From positions 1 through 55,883 of the forward strand of contig MNCI01000996.1 of assembly GCA_015680685.1 (NCBI GenBank): 55,883 nt of DNA, read 5' to 3'. Under the pieces are notes generated by a model. The model made no database searches, was not told the DNA's origin, and saw only the letters and a program-made list of their open reading frames with translations. Below, in pieces: positions 26,101-38,100 of the stretch. How positions within the stretch are numbered: the first letter of the stretch is position 1; every line of letters starts with the position of its first letter. Origin of the DNA: Gnetum montanum (Eukaryota; Plantae; Gnetophyta). A program made the position numbers and the translations under genes.

Positions 26101-29100
26101 TTTAATCTGACTCATTTACTGGAACATAGATTGATTTATGGAATTTCCTAAAGATTACATGGTTCCCCAACTTGGGTACTTCCACACTCGAAGGGTAGAT
26201 TCCTTGCACTCCTCCAAACTTTGTTGCTCAAAATGTGGTTTCAAGGGCACCACAACCTGTACAGGGCTTTCAGGTCTCATAAGTTCTCAAATTCTCTTAG
26301 GATGATTTCTCTCAAGAAACACATCTAACCTCTTAGATCATTACAAAGTCTGTATTTGCAGCACACACAGCCTCACAAGGCAAGATAAGGAAAGATAGAA
26401 TGAGTGACAAGGAGAGAAAGAAACAAGCTTTTTAGATTCCTTGCTTGAAGCACAGAAAACATTGATTGAAGGAATGATAGCTATTGATAGCTCTTTTGAT
26501 AAGATGATGTGGACAGTGCTTGTTCTGTTGCCTTGTTACTTTTTGCTCTTGAATGGGCCATTCCTTTATAGGTTGGTTTCCTTGTGACTGATTGTTGAAA
26601 AATTAGTAATGGTTAAAAATGGTCATTGGAGATGTCTTGCTCAAGGCTTGAGATGTCTCATTGAGTTTGCATGCAAGGCTGGAGAGACGTCTCACTAGAG
26701 AGATAGACGTTTTTGTCAAGGGATAGATGTCTCCGTGGGATAGAAAACGTCTCTTGAATATGACAGACATCTCTGGTAGTTCTGGTTGAGTTATGGCAGG
26801 GTGCATGGAGCTCGGGAAAGATGTCTCTTATGGGTCATGGACATCTCTAGCAGACTATAGACGTCTCTTGTTAGGGATAGATGTCTCTACAGAAGTTTGG
26901 ATCTTCTGCACATATTGAGTTCTCAGCAGAGATGTCTTTGCTCAAGCCAAGATGTCTCTTAGCAAGTGCTACATGTCTCTTCCATGTGATATATGTCCCT
27001 TGGTCTTAGCAATTTCTTTTTCCTCCTGGTCTGTTCTTTCATGATTTTGCATAATTGGTTCTTGGGTCTTCCTTTCTTCTTGGTTCATCCAGTGGCGATT
27101 CATTTATCCTTCTTTGATAATGCAAGAACTCAACCAAACAAGTTCTCTATGTTTCAAGGTTTTGTCACACCAAAAATGTCAACATTTCTCTCCTTTGTAG
27201 GTATATCTATGTGTCTCATAGATGAGCAGCTTAGCTCTGGGCAGTTAGAAATGACTTTAATTTGTGTACTCACCAATTCAATTTTCAAAAGTCTTGTACG
27301 TAAGGGTGTATCAAGGTGCAAGCTGATGATGACTGATAATTGTATTGATGATTGCTTGATTTTAAAATCCAGGATTTGAACCAAATCTCGTTGTTAAGAT
27401 CTAGTTCTTATCTATAGAAGGGATTCTTTCACGGTGTGTAGTGTTGGCATCAGTTTGAATTGATCTGTTTGCCTATTATGTGTTTTTGATCTGCTATCTT
27501 TCTTCATAAGTTGGGCTGTGAGTTGTCAGTATCTATTTTATTAGTATTAAAAATCTGAACGTAAGACGTTAAGATGGCTGTACTTGCCCTAAAAGCACAA
27601 TATTTGGAATAAAATTTAACCTTTTATTTATGAGGAAAACTTGTCTTTGAAAATGGAATTAAGTACCAACCGGTGAACTGAAAGCAAATAAGACATTTGA
27701 AATTTTAACTTTTGGAGCAATTTGACACCCTGATATAGCATTAAAAATGTGGTATGTGTTAAACATAATTCCTTGGAAAGCTTTTGCTTTTGCAAAATCA
27801 ACTTGGAAAATAAAATGAAAAAGGTGATTGAGAGAACTTTTAGATGTGAAATTTGTTTCTATAGAGTTATATTTACAACAGATTATTTGTTTATTTTAAA
27901 GGTTTCTTCACTTTTATTTATGTATGATTTCTAGTCTTCTTTGTTTCTGGCAGATATCATAAGTGCAACATGAATGAGCTCAAATTGAAACATGTAAATT
28001 ATGTTTCAATTGCAGTATCTGTGCCACTAATTTAGGATAAACTTGCAGAGTTGAGAATGCATATCAAGTTACATGCCTGGAGAACTTGAAAGAGTTCAGA
28101 ATTGCTATTTTTATTCTTTACATAAGCAACTTTTGGCACATATAAAGTTTTAAAGCTATGTTAGGAGTTTTGTACCTGGTAATGATATTATATTCTAGTT
28201 GCTTTATTCCTTGCTTTTATGGACTTTCAAAAATTCACTAGAAAAGTACTCCTCTCCATCCTATTCTTGATACTAGTAATTCTCTTTATTTGCTTGCTAA
28301 ATACTTGACAAATTATTTGGCTCCTCTTGTTGGTAAAACCTTTGCTTTTATTAAAAGAAAAAAGCACTAATCATTTTGTTGGTTCTTCATAGTTGTTTTA
28401 AGTATAATGTTGCATCACCCATAGTTTGCACATTTTTTCTTTGCAAGACTTTTTGAATCATACTAGATTCATCATCAGTTGCAATTGATTTCTCAAGGAT
28501 TAAAGAGAGAATAAATAGTATTACGGTTAATGGCTAGTTGAGATGTTGTGGGTAACTGTTAATTTTTCGAAAAAAATGGTTAGTTGGAGAAAAAATGAAA
28601 ATATAATTTAAAGATATAACAACTACAATAAAAACAAGTTATAGGAAAAAAGACAAAAAAATTTAAAAGATATAATGGCTACAATAAAAATGGCTAATTG
28701 TATGGAAAAAAGTATAGCGTTAATTTTGTAGTTATTAAATTAAATTTGTTACTTGGACAACATTTGTGTGAGATGAGGTAGCATCAAATATAGTTGAAAC
28801 AATTCAACAAATGTAATCAGTTGTCTCCTTCACAGGACAAATTTGTTCTACAAAGTTCGAATACCAACAAATTCATTATTAAAACATAAATTTGTAAGCT
28901 AGCAAAGGAATTTTTAACTCAGCTTCACAGTTCTAGTGCTTTCATACTGGACTATGATTAGCTCACCAGTCAATGTAGACCAGTGGTCAGTTGTTTGTAA
29001 TCTTTTTCTCAATATGAAGTTCATTTTCAGCTTGTTGACTGCCGAAGTGAAGTCTTAGTTCTAAGCTACCTTCATAGTCTGAACATCCTCAACCATTCTT

Positions 29101-32100
29101 TCCTAAGCTATCTTTGTGGAGAGTTCTTTAGTAGCTCCTTGGTTATGTTTCTTCCTTGTCTTCATTTTCATTGATGATTCACACCTTTAACTGTTTTCAC
29201 AAACTAGGTTTAGTACAAAGGTAAGCCATTGCACCTTTCTTTGTCAAGGGTGACATTGTCTGGTTATGGCTCAACAAACATGTTTTGCTGCATAATAAAA
29301 TTGGATTTTTAGAATGTTAATGCATTTTGCTAGTTTTATGAAAAATATTGATATCAATGAGTGATATTTTGGTTTACTTTGATGGTGTTTCATTGTATAC
29401 CATGATTCCTTTAGGTAAAATGATGGATATAATACATATGATGAATTTCTTCAATTTTTGTATTCCTTTTATCTAAACATTTATAAATTTTAAAGTAAAG
29501 TAGATGTTAAGCTTGACACTATTTATGCTCTTTTTCTAATCCATGAGAAATCAATTGCAATTGATGATGAACCTAGTATGATTCAAAATAATTTATGAAA
29601 GAGAAAATGCACACTATGTATTGTATGATGATAATGTGTTCTGTTGAGGTTATTAGTGATAAAAAACCCACGGCTTTAATCCCTTGGAATCACAACTATC
29701 ACCAAATTAAAAAAATGTTATATTTCTTTTTCTATGAATTTTTTTTTAACTTTCAGATTTTTCCAATTTTGAAGTAACAAAAGGATAATTTCTTTTGAAT
29801 GTTGATGTAGGACTTTTTGGAAGACTTATGGGGGCGTATAAGGTCGTTGCGTGAGGATGAATGGAAAGTTAATACTGGTTAGTTCTCTTCCTAATACCAT
29901 AGCCAACGTGACACATTATTTTTCATGTCATTTAGTGGCAAATTATAGATCCATGATTGAGCATTGAAAAAGAGGTGGTCATTATTCTATATCGTAAAGG
30001 TACCATTTTTCAGTTGTAATGCTAATATTTGTATTACCTAATATCGAACACTAGTTCAATATATTGTTTGTCCTGTAAATAAATGGTATCTATTAATAGT
30101 CAATGTAATGTCCCTTTTAAAGGCTTGCTATTTTGATATTACATAGCTGCATGTAGGTTTTGAAATTTTTTTAACTGGTACATGCTTGATAATAGATACA
30201 TTGGAAGTTTATTATATATTTTTTTTACCAATATTTCTGTTTAAATTGAGTTCTGCTTGGTTTGACTGACCTGTCATTCTGGCATTGGGCACAAGTCTTG
30301 TGGAATGATTCATCACAGCATCGGGCTCAATATGTTAAACCTATATTAGGCTTGATATTAGAAAGAATTAAATTGGTGACAGATGAAATAGTATCCTTAT
30401 TTAAGTGCTCCCATGTACGCCATCTTATTAGATTTTATGGACATAATATCCACTAGTACAAGCTTAATTGATGGTGATTGTTTGGATTATCTAATGCTGA
30501 AACAACTTGACATATTTTAGAACTTAAGGTTACTTTTCATGGTTGTAAATCAAGCAAGTTTACCGAACAAATTAATAGAAGTTGCTGATACGTTCTTGAC
30601 AACTTATCTTTTGAGAAGTATCTTGTGGGTTCAGGTTTCTGATTTGCATCCTACAAGTTGCAATCTTAATTCCATACTGATATATATCAGCATGTTGAAA
30701 GATAATGACTAAAATTGAACTTGTCTAATAGATCCTTAAGGTCTCCACGTGGATGTAATAGAAATAGTCCAACTTCAGTTCATTGTTGGTCTCATTTATG
30801 ATGTGCATCTGAGCTTTATTGGGTATTAGTTGCAAGGATTGTAAGACATATAAGATGAAATTGAAGTATGTTTTAGAAAGTGCATGGTGACACAATTGTT
30901 GATTTTGGTGTTTTTAAGATTTATGCATCAAGTAATCAAGGGTTTACATTTTATGTGCAGTTCCACGACCATACTTTGATTTTGAAGCTCGATTGGTAAC
31001 AGGAAAGAGCCATGATGTTAAATCAATAACTTGTCCTATGCAACCTCCCTTGCCTTTGACGGTTTCTGATGTGTCTTTGGGTAGACAAATGCATGAGGCA
31101 GCACTAAAATATCCTCAGAGACTTCAACGATTGCACATGTTCTCTAATTCTGAAAATGATGAGGTAATTCATGAAAATTTGGTTATGCTTGACATATCTT
31201 CCCAAGTTTTTTGGTTCTGTTTGAAAATTTGTTTGAGCTTTAAACTGTTTGAAAAAGGAATGTAATCTTCAAATGGATCAATTTTGTGTGTACTTACATA
31301 CGTGGCTGTGTATATTTCAAGACTGCATTAGCTATGGCTTGTCAATTGAATTTGTGATTATGCAGTTCTATGTTGACATAGATTAGGGTATTTGCAAGTC
31401 TGAACAGTCTGTTAATCCTGATGCTCATGTGATTATCATTGCAAAAAGTATGTCAGTGTCCCAGCTGGATTATTGTTTTTGTGTTTGTTCTGTTTTTAAA
31501 CTGTATAGGCGTTAATGTTTTCATTTTTGCTCAAGTCAATTTCAATACTATGACCGTTCATTAAAACCAGGACATTTTTCCCTGATACTTTTGCATGACC
31601 TAATTGGAAAAGTAGATCATGAAGCCAATTGATCGTTTTGTAGTGGAGGAGTATATTATGGATGTTCTGCTCTATCTCAATGGCTGGTAGGCATTACACA
31701 TCTATCTCTTTCATCATATGTAGGTAGGATTTATGGCCATCCAATATTGTTTAAAGTGCTCAACATTTGTTAATCAATGTTTAAGTAAGATTTGTGAAAG
31801 GATAAAGTATATGATGTCTGTATATGTCATAATAACTGAGAACATTATTATCATTATCTTAGAGAAATTATGTAGCTGACCTTATGCCGTATATTGTTGG
31901 GACAGGGCTGTGATGATGGCTATTATTATTATTATTGAAACTGAAATTGCAATTGAAATTGAAATTTTATTGTGTTTGTATAGGCCCAAAGTATTTGTTA
32001 GACAAATTAACTTGTGAAAAATATATCAATCGCAATAAATGCTGAGTACAACGGATGTTTCAGTTTCATTATTAGTATTATTAACATTTTCTAGAAAATT

Positions 32101-35100
32101 TAGATTACTATCAATAATGCTAAAAGAGGAAAAGCATCCCTGGTAAATATATTAAAGTGATTCACAACATGGATGAAGGAGATAATGCTAGAATTAGAAC
32201 ATGTGGAATAACATTTGATTTTTCAGTCATAGTAGGTCTAAATCAAAGGTTTGCACTTAAACTAAGCAAGTACATGATGAAATCTTTTGGTGTATGCTAT
32301 TTGTACATGGTTGGTGGATACAGATTGAGCAAATATTGCTTTTAAAATGGAGAAGTAAGGGCAGGCTCTAGAATCAGAAGATTTAAAAATTAGTAGTAAA
32401 AGTAAGGCAAAATACATGGAATCTAATTTCAATGGAGGTGAAATCAATGATACAATAGAAGTAACCATTCAAGTTAAGGGGTTATTGTTTGGAGTGAATT
32501 TAAGGTGCTTGTTTCTCAAGTTGTAAGACTTGGGTTCAAGCCTAGGTGCAGCCACTTAGTTTAGGATTTTGTTCATTTACTGACCTTCCTGAAACCAGCC
32601 TTGGTGGAATTCTGGGTGATGATCCTTTTTAATTCAAGTCTGCATTGAGGTAGGGTGATCAAAATGGAGATAGGCTAATGGTGTTTTATGCAATAAAAAG
32701 GTCTGAATAAGACTAAAAGGAAAATTTTACAGAATAGTAATCAGGTTTGCTCTTTATATGATATCGAAAGTTGGGTTATGAAAAAGTTGCATGAACAACA
32801 AATTAATGTTGAAAAATTCTGAATGCTTAGCTGGATGCTGAATGTTGTAAGAAGAGATAAATTTTGTACTACAACTATTAAGGAAGACTTGGAATGACTT
32901 TTATTGTAGATAAGCTTTAGTAGTTGTGTCTAAGTTGGTTTGGTTGGTTTTTAGAGAAGTTCAGATAACGGGAATCAGACTTTTGGGAAACCCTTAGAGA
33001 GGAAGACCAGAAAAAGGCATTGGTAAAATGTTTAAAGGAAAAAATTGTTGATAGATTAAAGATTTAGCCCTTAATTGAGGATGATGATGTGAGAGAACTC
33101 ATATAGCTAACCTCATATTGTCAGGACAAGGCTAGGATGATAATGATCAATAGCGAGGGAAAACATTGGGAGAATATGAAGGTCATTATCAGATTTGTTA
33201 TCTATTGATAAAATATTGAAATTTAAAATCAAACTAGCAACTAGTAAAGAAGAACTACACACAAAAGCAGCATGGAGGGTTGAGTTTGTATGTGAGGTTT
33301 TTATTGGAGAAGAAAAAAGGAAACGTTTTTAAAAATCCAAAGCAACTAAAAGTAATGATGATGCTTTAAAAAACTTCTAAAATGAAGTTATAAAGGCAGC
33401 TATAAAAGTTAATACAAAAACTAAATGTAACTATGATGTGTAGATTGAGATGAATAATGGGAGCACAAAGATAGGATATGATTAGAAAACAATATGTCAG
33501 GGGAAATTGTAGGGTTGTACCTATTAGGGATTGGAGGAAGTTGAGGAAGTGGGAGAACAAGTAAGGCATGTTCAAAGTGACTATGTAAATATGATGTGTA
33601 TATTAAGATGAATAGGTGAGCAACAAGATAGGATATGAATAAAAAACAAAATGTCAGGGGAAGTCGTGAGGTTGTACCTATAAGGGAGTGGAGGAAATTG
33701 AGGAAGTGCAAAAACAAATAAGGCATGTTCAAGGTGACTTTGTAAACTAAAATCTGAGCACAAGAGTTCTCATTTGAACCAATGAAGAAAGGACATGTAC
33801 ACATTTCCATAGAAGAGAAAACTAAACCCCGAAAAAGAAAATAAAAAGAGGAAAAGTTATAGAAAGGCAGCAAAGTTGCATAGGGAGGCGCACCTGTTAA
33901 ATCCAGTATAAGGAGGAATGGAGAATTCTGAGGTGTAAGCCAGAAAAGGGAATAGACGAAAGGAAATGAAGGTAGCAAGGTCTTAAGAAAAGAAAACCAT
34001 ATTCTGAAGTGACGTAGAATAACATGGAACAATTTCTACAAATGATTATGAAATAAAGAAGTGACTCTGCGGTGTATGGTAGAAACTAAGAAACGCCAAA
34101 GCAAGATTTTCTGTCGTGAATGGAGATATCTAAATTAATATCCCTTAGTGAATGGAGGAATTTAAGATTACTATCCATAGTAAGGAATGAGGTCGTGTAA
34201 AATCTATGCAGTGAACAGACAGAAAAATGTATTGATTCCATAATAAATGAATGGGAGATGATGTATAAGATTGTCAATGCATAGGAGATGTGTCTGTTGA
34301 ACACAATTTTACTAGTCAACATTGTTAAAACAAAAGTATCTCTTAAGTGTAACGAGTAACTCTTCAATAATATAAAATCAAACAGTGCTTCATTTATAAA
34401 ATTTTTCCTAATTTCTACCAGGCATGAGATGAAATAACAGAGACATGACATGGTAGCTTGTGATGTGGCCGATGATTTAGCCTTATGTTGACAAAAATTA
34501 ATGAACTGAAACACCAAATAAAAAGAATAATGTTAAATTGATGAGGTTTAAATGATATAATTTACGAAAGAACCATCATCACAACTGCATCAATAGACTC
34601 AACTCAAATGAATGTTATGTATAAGATGTCTTTGTAATGTAATAATAACCACCTGGGAAAATGTTATGACTTTGTAAGATAAACTCTTAAGCCATTTATA
34701 TGCTGGCCGCAGTTATGTAAATGTCAGGATTTTAGCCATCCATGCCTCTCATTCTATGTAATTGATCTTCATATTGTACATATTAGCAGTTGGTGACAGA
34801 TATTTGTAATTTGTTAAGATGTCTTTAGTCTGAAAATTTAACATTATTTTAGCTAAGTCTTATGGCAGAGATTTCCTATGCATAGCACAGTACTTTAATT
34901 GAAGAAGAAATTACAAATACATTTCTATATGCTAATTATGTGTTTTGTACTTGAAATTCATTAGTCGGAAAGAATGCACTGCATACTTGGTTGGGTTACC
35001 AGTTCCTTTCAATTATGACAAAATACTGGCAGAAACTATATTCTCGCAGGTAATGGAGACCATTCAAAGATATTTGTGTTGTGTAGTTACAGAAGATATA

Positions 35101-38100
35101 TATATTTTTCTTCTTTTGGTGGAAAAGGTTCTTTTATATTTCTTTTCATCTCTAAGAGTGTTTTTGAGGATGGTCCTATTTTATTAGAGAATTCTTTTTG
35201 AAATACTATACATGGTGCCATCTCAAATCTCTACTTTCTTAGCAGATACTAGTGGCTCCAAATGTACATAGTGTTTTTTAAGAGAGACGTGTCTAATCAT
35301 TTATAATTATTATGTCCATTTGAGTTTAAAAGAGTTTATTGAGAGAGTATAAGAAAATCAACTTTTTTTTTTTTTTGGAAAAATTTGAGTGAAGTTTATT
35401 CCCAAAAAGAATGACTATACAAAGGTATAGCGCAAGCTAGGGCAGTTGACCCCACATTGACAACGGACCCAAACCCCTAGGCCCCCCGCAAGTCCCAACC
35501 GCATCAGGGCATTCCCGTTAGCGGGTTAAAGGTCCCAACCCTGGACCTTGAAACAGTATTTCGGATTGAGCCAGGCATGTCCCAGCGCCCCACCCCACGT
35601 TAGGGGCTTTTGGGGCGGTCATGGTTAGAGCTCCAACTCTCCTCGAGGGTTTGGAGGTTCGAGAACTGCGCGCCCGGGCAAGCATCCAAGCGACGACGAT
35701 TCTCTTCAATTAGCCGGGCAATACCTATCATGTGGTCGTTGATGAGGCTCTCAATCCATTGCAGCATTTGGCTGTGAGAGTGCGGGGGTAGGGTCTGTTT
35801 CCCAGAGAGCGCTTTCCTAGCAGCCCGAACCAGCCCCTTGTCATTGCTCGCCTGCCCAGTTGTGATCGCTCTGGGGTCGGTATCCACAGTCGACGAATCC
35901 CGTAGCGGGGCCTGGGCTGGCCTGCCCCGCACGCAACCCCCACCCGCAAGGTCCCGGGAGGACATGGTCGTAGGCTTAGCCGAGATCGCGTCACCCCCCG
36001 CCGGATGGCCTTTGCTCCCCCTCCACCTTTGATACACCAGCGTAGGCCTGAGCGGCGGAGCTAGAGTGCCAAACCGCCAAAGAACATAGATCACCATTGG
36101 GTGTTGGCCAGGCCGGCGTCATTGCAGAGACTCCCAGAGGAAGTGGGGGAGGTTAATAGGAGTCTTGGCGCGTATGTGCTTGAGAAACATGAAGTGCACC
36201 CCGTTGAGTCTATGGTGGGAACCCAACTGAATGAAGTAACGCTCCACCATCGCGGTCGTGGCCCTCCAGGCTGGCGAGAGGGCCAACCCCTGAATGTGGC
36301 CGTTGACTGTCCGGGGGATGGAGCCCTGGAAGAACTCGGCGGCGTCCACCTGGGACTGAGCCACAGGGGAATCTAGTCCCCTGTTGCGGGGGCACCAATC
36401 ACCTCAGCCAAAGCGTCAACCATCACCTGGATTTGGCGTCCGCGAAACATCGTGTACTCCCTGTTCTAGTTTGCATAGAACGGCTGGACATCCATCTTTG
36501 GGTTTGCCGCAATGTGTTGGAGCAAGGTAGTCCAACCCATCCGCGAAACCATCTGCTAGAGATTAGTTTGTTTTTGAATGTCGGTAGCTGGCGGTTCGAG
36601 ACAGGCACGCGGTCCCATTAGTGCAGTAGTTTCGTCCCACGATCTTCTGAACCAGTGAACCAGCGCGGCAGGTGAGGGGATAGTTGTCCCTCTGAAGATC
36701 CGATTGTTCCTGGCACGCCAAAGGGTCCATAAGGCTGCAAGTGTTTGCGAATCACCATAACATTAGAGCGGGGGGAGGCCGGACATACTCCAGAAGTTCC
36801 TAGCGACGTGGCACTCATGCACGAAGTGTTGGTGCGTCTCGTCGCGTTGATTGCACATTGGGCAGATGGTGTTAATGTGCATGCCATGTGCCTGCAGACG
36901 CGTTCGTACAGGAAGCACCTCGTTCAGGACCAGCCACCCAAAAGCCTTAATTTTTTCTGGTAGGCAGCCTTTCCATAGGCGCTTCCAACGAGGATCCTCC
37001 GAGAATTGGCGTTTGAGCAGTTCACGGGGGTGCAATGCGGTCTCGTCTTCGTGGGTGAGGGTGTGGATGTGTGCACAGAGTTGGTGCCAGACCAGGTTGT
37101 CAGACACGGTAGCCTCCTAGGGTCGGTATTTCCATACCAGGAGTTGCACCCACCGGGGGGGNGCACGACGCCGGACGACAGTGTGGCCATGGAGGCGGCG
37201 AATCTTGCCATGGCTGCCAACACAGTAGTTGCCAATATGATCTTCCCTTTGCGGGATAGGAACCTGTTCGCCCAGTGAGCTGTGTGCATTTGAAGTTTCA
37301 TTATGAGCACCTGCTAGGTTCGCTGTTTGTGCCAATTGTGCATTGGCATTCCCAAGTACGTGTCCTCCTCGCTCCCTGGGAGAATCCCCAAGATCTGGAT
37401 GATCTTAGTGCGCACACTAGGATGGGTATGGGTTAGGTATATTGCGGACTTGCCTGTGTTGGTGGTCAACCCCACTTCCCTCTTCATCCTGTCCATCGCC
37501 CACAGGAGCGCCCGAGATGTTGGTGACCCAGACGTTCGGTCCCAGAAGGTGCACCGTGATGCTCCAGTCTGATGCATCGAGCAGGGACGAGGCAATCCTG
37601 GTGAGGATAGTGAGACCGCCAGCCCGTCCTCGGCTAGGCACCAGGTGACTGCACCATCCCTCCCAATGTAAAGCTTGATTTTCCGGCTGTCGTAATTTTG
37701 TCTCTTGGAGACACACCACGTCGCACCCCTCGGTACACATAATTCTTTTCAAGGTATTTCTCTTATATAGGGGTACCCTGTCCCCGACAATTCTAGGATA
37801 GAATCTTCATGGAGAAACAGACAAGCATCTGTGATAAACCTCCCAGAGTGTGCATTGCGCTCCCAAGTCGATATCCAATTGCGTGGTCGTTTTCCAGGTG
37901 TGGGCGCTGTTAGGACGTCCAACCTTGGGCGACGTCTGGGTTACATCAACCCCCTTCTCGTGCAGCACCCCTTGCACAACATCGGGCATTTTGGGCCGTG
38001 GCAAGCCCCTGCTAGTGGTGATCCAGTCACTCAGCGGCAGTAGCTCTAACCCCACCTGAGATGTGTCCACCCCCTTGTCTTGGGGCTGTTGGGCGAGCTA

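Noticed and set aside
33421-34517. Minus-strand ORFs of 203 and 143 aa
   Set aside because: Phe/Leu-rich antisense reads of purine-rich repeat sequence, with no conserved motifs.
36616-36620. TAATG stop/start overlap before the extra domain
   Set aside because: The TAA belongs to an off-frame ORF; the real zf-RVT frame reads through in frame with the ATG.
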